Below are positions 11,654 through 23,541 of a DNA stretch of 64,000 nt, piece by piece. Under the pieces are notes generated by a model that did no database searches, was not told the origin of the DNA, and worked only from the letters and a program-made list of their open reading frames with translations. A program made the position numbers and the translations under genes. Position 1 is the first letter of the stretch. The number at the start of each line of letters is the position of its first letter. Origin of the DNA: Lepidodermella squamata (taxonomy: Eukaryota; Animalia; Gastrotricha); the NCBI GenBank assembly GCA_047495785.1, contig JBLDXI010000026.1:1-64000 (forward strand), in the 5' to 3' direction.

Positions 11654-13138
11654 ATGCCCAAGGACAAGCAGGCCTGTGAAATCTGTGGTGTGGCTACTCG
11701 GTACAGGGTTCGAAGTGGTGCTGTAATTTGCTCAGCTTGCAAGCGTTTCTACCTTCGCTTCCGGAACAAAGATGGTGAATTACCATGCAAGTCGGGAAAT
11801 CACAATTGCTTGAGTGACGGGAATGTCAGCAATGCAGTATCAAGTGTTGGCTCGGTATTCAGATTCATCTGTAAGGCTTGCCGGTTGAAAAAATGCATCA
11901 ATCTTGTCGAGCGAGAAGACTATGGTGAAAATTCCAACTACAGCCAGTTGGAAAATGTCGACCAAAATGAGCCTATACAGCCAGTAGCGAAAACCACGAG
12001 AACAAGTTCTACGTCATCATGGTCTGGAGTCAAAGCTTCAAACATTCCTAATGATCCCCAAGAGCTTCCTCAGTCTTCCACCTCAATTCCTGTGTTTAAT
12101 GCTGGGGATCTGGAAGCAACGGAGAGCGTAGTGAGTGACTTAACTGCGGTTACACGTGCTTACTTGGCAAGTCTAGACCATGTAAGTTAATAAACTACTA
12201 CAGATGTACCAGTTGAAAGTCACTTACTTCTAGGATCCATTCCGACTCACTGATGGCTTACCAGGTTATGAGGTAGATCGAGAAGGTTGGATTCACGCCA
12301 ACGCCTTCTTTACCTCTGCGATGGTTGCTCTAAAGGAGTATCTGGAGGCCTTACCAGGTTCGTTTCTTTTACATCAAAAGCTGATTTCTCTAACTTGTAT
12401 CACTACAGGCTATTCATTACTTTCGATTGAATCCCGGTGCAAAATGTTCGTTAGGTGCTGCTCTGAGATCAACATAGCCGAGAATTGTTATCACAATCAG
12501 CCGTTGTTTCTGGGGATGAAAAAGGAGAGTTATCAAAAGATCTTGGACCGAGTTCCTGCGTTTTCTGTAAGTCTCCCATCTCCCACTTCCAGCCTTCCTT
12601 AAAACTTTCCAATTTGTTCGAATTTAGTTCGTGATACCACAGCAAATCGAAATTTGGCAATACATGAACCGATGGAGGCCTGATCCTGTAGAGTTCGCTC
12701 TTTTGCTGACGTTCTTCTTTTACCATGGGAGTGAGTAGTATGAAAGATTACTTTTCAAAGCATTGGCATCTAATATTATACATAGATTGGGATTGTCTGA
12801 CTTTTGCTGAAGCTGGGTACGCTGAGAGTACTCTGTTCCATCTAAGATCGATTTATGACGCCTATTGCGTGCAGCGTTACGGTGGAATGGGACGTGCATG
12901 GATAGATCAGCGAAAAAGGATGATGGCTAAAATCATCTCTCTAATCCATTGGGCGACTAAAACCCGTGCTGAAGTTCATGTACAAGACATGGTGAGGCAA
13001 GGCATTGAAGGCCTTATTGGAACCAATCGTGTGTTTGAGGACGTTATACAACGTTGGAGAACTGCCGCGGCTGTCAGTGCCGAGCCATCGGTAGCTAAAT
13101 ACATTTTACCGGAAGATGCAGAAAATCAGACCTCATAA
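11654..13138 (+). CDS. Divergent nuclear receptor NR-b, tandem paralog of NR-a, 5 exons
   Basis: CEIC...CSACKRFY...CKACRLKKC. Same intron positions as NR-a. LBD YLEALPGYSLLSIESRCKMF and WRPDPVEFALLLTFFFY. Confidence 0.88.
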
Positions 13139-13328
13139 AATTATTGTCTAGTAATTTCCAGTATTAACTAAAACCGGTGAAAAGCTTCTGTGCTAATAAA
13201 CTATGGTTCACTATCTGGTCTATAGAACGAGTGCTCACACATGGAGAAACAGATTTCATAGTTTTATCAATATTATGTCAACATAGGGCATATTGATCAC
13301 ATTTACACACCGTAAAAATTGTCATCAT

Positions 13329-15824
13329 TTAGTAGTGGCTAGAGACATCTATAGTTAATGTCGGCTTTCTCATGAGTGGGAGAAGCCACGTCAATCCTGT
13401 CGTGGCTGAAATCAAGCACGAAGTGAATCCTATCGCCATTTCTTGATCGACAAGATTGCGCACAACCACGACAATCAATATCGTGGCGACAAAAATTGTA
13501 GCAGCATTAACGACACCGAGACTGATGTACGTGAACTCGGGAATATTCCTCGAGCCACCAAGATGACGTAGCTTGAATATAGTAATAGCACCTACCAGCA
13601 GAAGCGCAATATTGATAGTAACAATCGTCATAATCCAAGCTAAATTCGAGGAAGATTGGCATGTTGTAAAAACAGTTTCAACCAGGGTGTCTTGAATGAC
13701 GTCGTAAACAGGCTTCTGCTTTGCCTGAAAGCATGTAAAATTGTCACCGATAATCCATATGGTGACAATCCAAGCAACTACGACTACGAAGGCAATAACA
13801 GCTTTCGCACAAGACTTGTCTATGATCTCAATATACAGGTTTTGTATCCCTGAGTTCCCACCTGAGAATGATGATGACGCGTGAAATGATGCTGACAACC
13901 TATGACTCTCACTTCGATGCATATATTGTTGGCGACGCTGATTCGCGACGTGTTGCGGGGCCATTCTAGACTTTTGACCCTTGTTACTGTTAACAGAGTT
14001 GTTACCTTGTCGAGGAATAGGAGAGGCCCCTATTGAGAATCTTGACCCAGCTATTGTACCCCTCTTGAGCATGTACGTTACTGATCTCAGGCAAACAACC
14101 GCATTGATAAGAGAGAACCCTATCGATACTAGAACAATCCTTGAGATCCAAATAGCCTTAGTTCCGTAACTCAGATCAGCCGTGAAGAATAATCCGCCAA
14201 TGTTGAGAGCAATCCCTCCAACATATCCCAAGATTTTTGTCAAAAACATTCCTCTTTCTCCGTAGTCGCTGAAAAAGGCAGATCTTATTAGTATAGCTGT
14301 GCCCAGAAGGTGAATACATGACGATAGTATTGCTAGAACAAGAACTACTATGAAGACTTCACTAGAGACACCCATAAGTTCGATTAGCTGCAACTTCGAA
14401 TCTCGAGGAGGTAACCCTTCAGCAGTTTGCCACACCGGATCACGAACTTTCTTCATCCAGTAGTGCTTGTAGTGATATCCATTCGTTTTAGGATGCTGAT
14501 AAACGTTGTTGATATACTGTAAACGGTCTTTGGGCGTCCAGTAGCTGACAAACTGAATGTCACCATCGACTTCACCAACATCGTTGTAGCGCATCCTGCC
14601 CATCCGCAATCCCAAATAGTCCACAGCTATTGCAGTCTTGTTTACTACATCTGCGACGATATCAGGCCGGTCTCTCATGTTCCTCAGAGACATGTTTTGA
14701 GCTTTCAGAGCCAAGTCTGCATTATGAAGAGTTATCAGGCCCTGCATCATGGTGTCATGGCAGAGCAGCCTTCGCTCGTAGTCATACACCTTTTCGCGCG
14801 TATTGTTTGTGTATCGGTCGTAGATTGCATCGAATTCGGTCAAGTCGTAGCCTAGAACAGTTTTCACACTCGGTTCATTCGTTGTCATAATTGGAGCGAC
14901 CCAGTATGTGTACTTCATCTGTTCGATCACAACGTTCCGAAAACATCCGGGGCTTATTTCGTTGGCCAGTCCTAAGGGGTCTGCATAGCCAACCCCCAGA
15001 AGTATCAAAATGTACCTGGGACCAGTTAATCCAAACTTGTAAGTCTGACATAGGAACTTCCAGATCCAGCCAGCACTTGAAGATGACAGCACTATGATTC
15101 GGACATCGCTGCTCAACAGGTTACGCATCGAATCGTCGTCGACATCGAGGACAATGTCGAAGAACCCAATTGAAATGTTAGTCTGGTCCAATGCTACCCT
15201 GAGAAGAGCCGTTGCTGTTGTATAGTCGAAAACGCTCGCAGCGTTAGTCAGGATGCCCATACGCTTCCAACCACCTGATTCTGCGACGAAACGAGTGATG
15301 GCATACGAAAGAACACGGCCAGTTGATCGCATCATATACAGGTTAGGGTATAGAGTGCGATCTGAGAGGAATGGCGCGGCACAAGCGATACTCACACTAA
15401 CCGAGTAGAGATGCTTCAAAGGGGGAACCATAGCTTTGCATCCAGTGGACATCTGAGGTCCGACGATCACAGGTGACTGGTAAGTATTGTTCCGATCAGA
15501 ACCTTCGTAACTTCGACGGAAAGACGCTGCTAAGCGGGCCGCGTGAACTCCGGTGTTCTCGTCTTCAAATTGAATCTGTGCACGACGTTTGAATATATTT
15601 AGTTGTTCAGTTCATGAAACTACCTCAATGTTGTAGTCGGGAAGAATATCCGAGCGACTGTTTGCTATGTCGACAGCGATTTGAGAGGCCGTGCGGCATG
15701 CATATCCATTGGACGGAGCATTGCCCGTGAATGACATCATCTCTAGCACTACCATTTTATACGGCTTGGTAGCAAGAATTACAGCAAAGTTGCATATCAT
15801 CAGCGAACTACGGAGAAGCATCAT
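13329..15824 (-). CDS. GABA-B-like class C GPCR, copy A (exons 15824-15624, 15575-13329)
   Basis: Signal peptide. Venus-flytrap motifs AVDIANSRSDILPDY, IVGPQMSTGC and LSDRTLYPNLY. No Cys-rich domain. Seven hydrophobic helices. Confidence 0.88.
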
Positions 15825-16597
15825 TTTATCGAAAGATTATTTTCCTGAATATGTGTGACAAAGAATTATGAAAATTTGAGACGGAGAAGAGAGTCCGTTT
15901 TATAGCGTCATCGATAAGTGCGGCTGGGCTAACATTAAATGCTTTCAAAGGCTTCCGATCGTGATCTGTTTTTACGTGGCCAAAGCCTCTTCTAAGGAAA
16001 TCCGTCGGCTGAAAAGCTCGACTACACAGGGAGGTATCAGACATGCCCTAGTTAGCTTAATATTTCGTCCTATTTGGAGCTTTTGAATTTGAAAACCTGT
16101 TTATGAGCTGAGAATCCCCCAGTCAAGTTGTTTGCAGCACGTACCCTTTACCCTTAATGCGGCGGTGGAGGAAGGAAACATATATTCGAACGTTTTTCAG
16201 ATCTTTGTTTAGTTATTTTTCAACTCCTTCGGAAGCAATGTCTCCTATGCCTTTGAGTTGCACTTTAAGCCGCCCAACATCCTTCGGACGTATGTATTCA
16301 TGTTGTTGATGACGATCCCTTTACCCTAGACCCTACCTGTCCATCTGAATTTAAGGTCGAAGCATAAATCGTCATGTTGGTGTGCAGGTGACTTTATTTG
16401 AAAGAGAAACTTATGCAAGACATTCTCAACCTAGCAAGACAAAATACATAGATTAGGAATTGACTGGCGCGGGAAACCTTGAATGAATCGCATGTTGAGC
16501 TGAAGGGATCAGATAATTCATTTATCAAGTTAATCTGAGCTCCATTGTCGATAGCTAAAATTATAGGTATGTTATTCGTTTCGTTCATCAATAAAGT

Positions 16598-19094
16598 TCA
16601 TAAACTGTTTATCGAATTCAGGGGGGCTGGCTTAATCAAGGGCCATATCCAAGTGAGACCTGTCGTCGATGAAATCATACAGGCTAGGAAGCCGATAGCC
16701 ATTTCTTGATTTATAAGGTCGCCAACGACCAATACAATTAAAATAGTGGCCAGAAACGTGGAGATGGTATTCACTAAACCCAGAATCAGGAAAGTAAACT
16801 GCGGAATCGTTCTCGGGCCCCCAAGGTGACGTAGCCTGAACGCAACAAAAGCCGCGGCCATCATCAGCAAAACATTCATCAGAACAAGTGCCATGATCCA
16901 AGCAATGTTCTTTGTAGATCGGCAAGAAGTGTAAACGGTCTCAAAGATAGTGTCTTCAATTAAATCGTAGACAGGCGGCTTGATAAGTCTAAAGCAGCGG
17001 AAATTATCGCCAGTCAGCCAAGCTGTAAGGATCCAGCCAGTTATTCCCGTAAAAATGATGGAATTCTCAGCGCAGGATTTATCAGCTGATTCTATCGTAA
17101 CGTCAGCAACCACTGACGAAGTTGGTTCCGAAGAGTAACGAGCGGGCGTAACGCTGATGAGAATCGGCGTTGAAGATTTTCCGCCTTGAGGATACACGGA
17201 AAGGGTTTTGCTTCGCGGCCTTTCGAATATCCTTTCGCTGTCGACGGTCTTAACTTGTCTGGCTATCGTTGAACGGACCGCTGTCGGCAACCTCGGGCGA
17301 ATATGAAAGCTGCTTCTGAGCATAAAAGAAATTGGTCTAAAACATACTACAGCATTTAAAATGGAGAAGCCTGTTGAGACAAGTACGATTCTCGCAATCC
17401 ACAAAGGCCTTGCGATATCAGTAGTATCAGCGGTAAACAGGACACCACCAACATTCAGAGCAATCCCACCAACATGACCCATAAGTTTCGATATACTCAT
17501 GTCTGCTGAAACTAGGCTGCTGGAGGCTAAAGACCTAATTATTAGAACAATGCCAGTAAAATGTATCGATGACGATATGATTGCGAGAGCAAGGACGATA
17601 AAGAAAAATTCTCTAGGCACCATGGCGTACTTCATGACAAGACGAATACTGTCCCTAGGAGGTCGCTGATCAGCAGTTTCCCAAACTGGCTCGCGAATTT
17701 TCTTCATCCAGTAGTGCTTGTAGTGATAACCATTTGTGTTAGGATGCTGATAGACGTTGTAGATGTACTGCAAACGGTCTTTGGGCGTCCAGTAGCTGAC
17801 AAACTGAATGTCACCATCAACTTCACCAACATCGTTGTAGCGCATCCTACCCATCCGCAATCCCAAATAGTCCACAGCTATTGCAGTCTTGTTTACTACA
17901 TCTGCGACGATATCAGGCCGGTCTCTCATGGTCCTCAGCGACATATTTTGAGCTTTCAGAGCCAAGTCTGCATTATGAAGAGTTATCAGGCCCTGCATCA
18001 TGGTGTCATGGCAGAGCAGCCTTCGCTCGTAGTCATACACCTTTTCGCGCGTATTGTTTGTGTATCGGTCGTAGATTGCATCGAATTCGGTCAAGTCATA
18101 GCCAAGAACAGTTTTCACATTCGGTTCATTCGTTGTCATAATCGGTGCGACCCAGTATGTGTACTTCATCTGTTCGATCACAACGTTCCGGAAACAGCCA
18201 GGGATCACCTCGTTCGCCAGACCCAAAGGATCCGCATAACCGACTCCAAGAAGGATTAAAATGTACCTGGGTCCGGTTATTCCAAACTTGTAAGTCTGAC
18301 ATAGGAACTTCCAGATCCAGCTAGCACTGGAGGATGACAGAACTATGATTCTGACGTCGCTACTCAACAGGTTACGCATCGAATCGTCGTCGACATCGAG
18401 GACAATGTCGAAGAATCCGATGGAAATGTTAGCCTGGTCCAATGCAACCCTGAGAAGAGCAGTCGCTGTTGTGTAGTCGAAAACACTCGCAGCGTTAGTC
18501 AGGATGCCCATGCGCTTCCAACCTCCTGATTCTGCCACGAAACGAGTGATGGCATACGAAAGAACACGGCCAGTCGAGCGCATCAGGTACAGATTAGGGT
18601 ATAGAGTTCGATCTGAAAGGAATGGCGCGGCACAGGCGATACTCACGCTAATCGAATTCATGTGCTTCAATGGCGGAGCTAACGCCTTGCAACCAGTTGA
18701 CATTTGTGGCCCAACGATTACCGGCGACCGAATTGTATTGATCCGGTCTGAGTTTTCAAAGCTACGCAGAAATGCACCAGCAGCTCGTGCCGCTTGTACT
18801 CCTGTGTTTTCATCTTCGAATTGGATCTAAACAACAGTAATTCATCCCACGCTTTACGATTTCGCAATCACTAACCTCGAGTTGATAGTCAGGAAGGATG
18901 TCCGATCGGCTGTTAGCAATATCGACGGCAATTTGTGACGCGGTACGGCAGGCGTAGCCATTTGCAGGCGCATTTCCGGTGAAAGACATCATTTCTAATA
19001 TCACCATCCGATAAGGTTTCATCATGTAAGTCGATGAAGTTGCTACGTCTGAAATCATAGCAAAGCAAAGAATTGCCGCGTAGTACTCAGGCAT
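16598..19094 (-). CDS. GABA-B-like class C GPCR, copy B (exons 19094-18876, 18826-16598)
   Basis: Tandem paralog of copy A with the same single intron, a near-identical flytrap domain and 7 TM helices. Confidence 0.88.
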
Positions 19095-20094
19095 TTGGCT
19101 TTGTGTTTGAAACTTGAAAATTCCGGTATAATCTTCGCTCCAAAATTTTCTCGCCTGCTGCAGATTAAACCTCGGTAATATAATTTGATCCCGTATTTTA
19201 GTTAGACGGCTCAGGAAACTGGGAGCTGGCTAATTAAATTCTCCGGAAGAACAGAAGATGCATGTGTCAATTAACTGTTGAGCAATCGGCTCGAAATTAA
19301 TTAGTAATTAGCCTGTGATCACGAATCACGAAACGCCTTCAAGCCGTCGTTTGAGCAGGAGAAGCCGGCTTCAACCCACGAAATTTCCTTGCACGTCGAG
19401 TTTGCTTGCAGTACCGGCTCGCCCACATACCTATGCACACGTGCTTTGGCAGTTTTATGCTCTAAGCAGCGAGACAACTTCTAGCAAGCCATCACTTTCA
19501 ATTTACAAACTGTTTCATTTGACGCGGACAAAATTCACCTTCAGTCCATGGGGCCATAGAAACCTATTCGTGGCCGCTCTCAGATTTCAGAGGGCAAAGA
19601 TCAAGGAGTCCAAACATTCACAGCCGAGACAATACGTTATTACTTATTTGCATTTCATTTTAATGTATGCACGAAAACATCCGAGGAGAAATTTCCTAAT
19701 CATCTTCTAGCAAAAAATGCAGGATCCAGGCTGCTTCATACGATTCATACGATTCAAGGAGCAATCGAAAAGAGTTTCTTATAAATCAAGCCTGGCTCAA
19801 AAAAGCAGTTGGTTAGAATTTATGCAGAGCTTCAAGTATGAAAGCTTGAAGCTTGAAGTCGAAAATTTATTTCGAAGAACAAATTTCACGATTTTTTCCG
19901 GAGTAGCATCGCCGACCTGTGTACCCAGCAATGATATTTTCTCCAATAGACAATTTACTATTGGCGCATTGTACGTGAACTTGAATACACGAACTGGAAT
20001 GAATCAGACCAGATTGATTGAAAATCTGTAGGGAATAACTTGATAGATGGAATCGATTTGAAAATAAAACGGATCGGGTGAAAAAATTGACATT

Positions 20095-20166
20095 TAGCAG
20101 AGCGTAGTTTCGATCTACAGACCTCTGGGTTATGGGCCCAGCGCGCTTCCACTGCGCCACTCTGCT
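20095..20166 (-). tRNA. Initiator tRNA-Met (CAT), copy 2
   Basis: Identical 72-nt sequence to 5674-5745. Confidence 0.97.
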
Positions 20167-20336
20167 TGTCTGGTTTTCGACCTCTATCGGACTGTTGTAA
20201 AACCCGAAAGCATGAATATTGATATTACTTAATCTCGACTCAAGTTTTAATCAATTAAGAATTTCACTAAAATCTCCTCAGCTGAAGCTTGAATAGTTCA
20301 ACCAATTTCAAATGTACCCAAGGGTTCCAACACGGC

Positions 20337-20408
20337 GGCTCAGTAGCTTAGTGGTAGAGCGTCTGTCTCGTAAACAGAAGATCGCGGGTTCAATTCCCGC
20401 CTGGGCCT
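20337..20408 (+). tRNA. tRNA-Thr (CGT), intact
   Basis: Full cloverleaf: acceptor GGCTCAG/CTGGGCC, anticodon arm TCTGT-CTCGTAA-ACAGA, T arm GCGGG-TTCAATT-CCCGC. Confidence 0.96.
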
Positions 20409-20488
20409 ATCCTCTAATTTTTACTCGCTCTTTTCGAGTTCAAAAGTGAAACTAGCAGACTTGATCAAGTTTACAAGAGCTTCTTATG

Positions 20489-20784
20489 GCTGGAAGCAGT
20501 GGCGTGCTTCTGTAACTCAGCGACTTGAGAGCCGGGCTTGCCGAATGGCTGGCCGGTGGGAGCCCTGTCTCTGGATGTCACATGTCGATCGAGCGCCCCG
20601 TGTAAGTACGCCATCAACAAGGTCGGTGCGGCGGAGGCCGTACTGCCCAGGTTGCGTAATGACACGTCAAAGGTCAGGTCCTAACGGAAGCAGCCTAACG
20701 ATGTGCGTGGTGAGCGGTACCGGGACAGTGCTTGTGAATGTGCGCCTTAGCCAGCCCATCGGTCCAGCTGGACGCAAACCTTTT
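20489..20784 (+). ncRNA. 7SL / SRP RNA, copy 2
   Basis: Four substitutions relative to copy 1; T7 terminator at 20781-20787. Confidence 0.93.
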
Positions 20785-21506
20785 TTTGATTTTTTTTAAA
20801 TATTTTTCGAAAGTTTTTGAATTTTCAATAATTTGTATGCTCGTCAACCGAATTTACTCCGGCTTAATTTTTCATTTTTGGTTGAATACTGCAATGAGAG
20901 ATAATTTCGGAGAAAACCATGTTTTTCGAGTGCATGGAAAGTAAATAAAATCATTTGTTACATCGTATGATGAATCATCATTGTCCCCAGCTAACATGCT
21001 AGCATCTTAATTTTTGATGCAATCGAAATTTGGGCACGGAGCCTATTTTGAATGTTAGGAACGGCGGCGGCTTACGCGGTCGAGCTCAGCAATGTCCTCG
21101 TTTCGGTCAAACCATATCCTAAATCACCAAAAATTCCATTATTCCACGGTATTCGCAATCACAATTCGCCGTTCTCATAGCCGCAAAAGAAACCCGTTCT
21201 CGAATATTAATCACATTTTTGGAAAACCAAAACCGTAATGTGTATGTTAGTTGGATGGCTTTAAATGTGAACGTGAAATTATCTTCTGATCCCCATTTTT
21301 CAAATCAATTTTTTTATTATGGATTTTCGCGCGTCATTGGTCAAATCTGGTCCTTTTTTATTGGAGACCCAACGTCTGATATAGAGAACAATGAATGAAC
21401 AATGAATGACTGTCCAATATCTCATATTTTCGAGGGCAGAAGCTAGGCGGGAAACAGCCTCGTGGCGACCACACCCTCTCAACCACGCCCTCTTTTTTCT
21501 TCTAGG

Positions 21507-21673
21507 CACGTGCCAACATGCGGCAATGAAAATGAAGCAATAATTGAAGCGCAGCTGAACACGTCTCAGTCAAACAATCAACTATCGCATTGTGAACGTC
21601 CACGTGATCACGTGAACATGACTCAAAAGCAACTTTTTCTAACCCACACGCCTCAACATCTGACTATATAAAT
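21507..21673 (+). promoter_or_regulatory. Candidate promoter: three CACGTG E-boxes and a TATA box
   Basis: CACGTG at 21507, palindromic CACGTGATCACGTG at 21601-21614, TATATAAAT at about 21666, ATG at 21739. Confidence 0.5.
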
Positions 21674-21738
21674 ATCGTCCTAGTTTCTCGCAATCCCCTG
21701 TTACTTATATATCGAAGAGTAAAATTCTACGCAAAAAA

Positions 21739-22866
21739 ATGATCGGTCTAACTCTAGCTACTATTCTATGCTTTTTGCCAGCTGTCATCCTTGCTGATCG
21801 CTTGCGGCTTCAAGTTGAACTCGAAAAGTCACCAAAGTCCAACCCGCAAAGCTCTTGCCAATCGCGTCAACTGTTCGAAAAGTCCAAACTTAAATACTCG
21901 GTCGTTAACGTCACCGCCCCATGGTCGGTTGATCACGTTCGAGTTTGGACTTCAACCCACGCTAAGGCTCAGTTTGAACAGCTGCTGGACCAGCGGGTGG
22001 TTTGCAGTCAATTAACTGGCTCGAAGAAACTGCGAGAAGTCCTTCAAGAGTACCAAAGTCAGCAATGCTGGACCTTGCTCTACGGCGATGCTGTTCGCGA
22101 GGTGTTGCGAGGCGATGAGTCCGGTTTAACGAGCGATTCTGTCGAAATTGAAATCGCCTGCGGTGAGACATCGATCTATTCCAAGCTGAAATGGGGCCAG
22201 GTGATAACAGGCGATGGCTCAGCTCTCGGTTTCTCCGCGAATTCTCTCGCTTACGACTGGTTTCAACACGTTATCTACGACTTCACTCCGGATAAATCTG
22301 GCTTCGAAGACGTTTGCAAGAAGGAGTATCGAATTCCGGTTCCTGAAAGCAAGTGGGCGATTTGGGCGAAGAACGGCGCTGTCGCTGAGAAGTTGATTCA
22401 ATTCTACTACTTCAGATCAAATGGCTACCTGGAGAAGAGTAATGCAGAACAGTTTTTGCTCGATCAATTCAAAGAAACTATTCAGGACCAAAGCAAGCAA
22501 GCCGGTCTTCAAATCGCCTATTGCCGATACGCGATTTCGGGATGGTTCAATGAAACTAGCCAACAATGCGTGACATGGAGTGACCGCTGCGTGGCGACGA
22601 ACAAAATCGACGAGCTTATCCGCGACTTGAATCAGGGAACGCTCAATTCACGGATGACGCCGTACAATCTATTCAAGACTAAAATGCCTTGCGTTTACAC
22701 CAAGTCGTACACAGAACCGCTTGGCCAGTGCCTAACGCCACCGGTTGCGTTGGCTGATGATCAAGCGACGAATCAAGCGCCGGCGATGTCGATTCTCGAA
22801 ACGATCGCGACAATCGTCACAGCTCTTTCATGCTCGTTTGTCGTCGTTAACTTGATGCTGATTTGA
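21739..22866 (+). CDS. Intronless secreted, probably GPI-anchored protein with degenerate class II nucleotidyltransferase (CCA-adding/poly(A) polymerase)-like motifs
   Basis: 375-aa ORF. Signal peptide MIGLTLATILCFLPAVILA, terminal hydrophobic tail, many Cys. Motifs LYGDAVREVLRG, GFSANSLAYD...IYDFT...GFEDV....RI and KLIQFYYF. The ORF is solid; the fold call is by eye. Confidence 0.75.
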   Translation: MIGLTLATILCFLPAVILADRLRLQVELEKSPKSNPQSSCQSRQLFEKSKLKYSVVNVTAPWSVDHVRVWTSTHAKAQFEQLLDQRVVCSQLTGSKKLREVLQEYQSQQCWTLLYGDAVREVLRGDESGLTSDSVEIEIACGETSIYSKLKWGQVITGDGSALGFSANSLAYDWFQHVIYDFTPDKSGFEDVCKKEYRIPVPESKWAIWAKNGAVAEKLIQFYYFRSNGYLEKSNAEQFLLDQFKETIQDQSKQAGLQIAYCRYAISGWFNETSQQCVTWSDRCVATNKIDELIRDLNQGTLNSRMTPYNLFKTKMPCVYTKSYTEPLGQCLTPPVALADDQATNQAPAMSILETIATIVTALSCSFVVVNLMLI

Positions 22867-23541
22867 AGAATCTTGCCACAATTTATGCCACAATTTTTGA
22901 AAATAGACTTTGTGTTTGAAAATTAAATAAATAAATTTTTGTATTATTGAGTCTTTTGTGCAATTTTTCAGCTATGTTTCCAAGAAAAACCATACTATTA
23001 TTCCAAGCTTCCGAGCAGTTCTTCATACAGGATTTCCAAGCTTTGATTTTTCTGAATCTTCCAAGTAATTTAGCGGCTATATTATATTGGATCATTCTTC
23101 GCAAATGGAGTAAAATTTTACGAGAAATTAGATCGTAAGACTATGCTTCGATAAGACGCAGAATATTTTATAATCCTTTACTGTTGCTGAGAAAATGGGC
23201 TGTGGCTTCAAATTTCACCTGCGAAAATTGCGATTATAAAATAATGTAATTTTTTGATCAGTTCAACTTGGCTGTTTTTACATAATTGCTTGCGGTTATT
23301 CTGGGGCTAGAAATCTCGCCAAATAAAGTATAAAACTTCGGCAAAAACTCGGCATAACCAGTGTCCAAAACGGTAAGACTTTTCTGCGACCTTGAGGGAT
23401 TTCCCGTCCTTCAAGGAGGATATGCATCCCGGAGGTCTGAAACTGGTCTAATAGGACATACCTAGTGAAAGCCAAGAATCAAATCAAGAAAATTTTCACA
23501 TGTCGCTCATTTTATTACGATAATTTCATGAGAATGAATCA

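Noticed and set aside
20095-22866. Functional link between the tRNA cassette and the neighbouring CCA-enzyme-like gene
   Set aside because: The protein is predicted extracellular and catalytically dead, and copy 1 of the cassette has no such neighbour; adjacency alone is not evidence.
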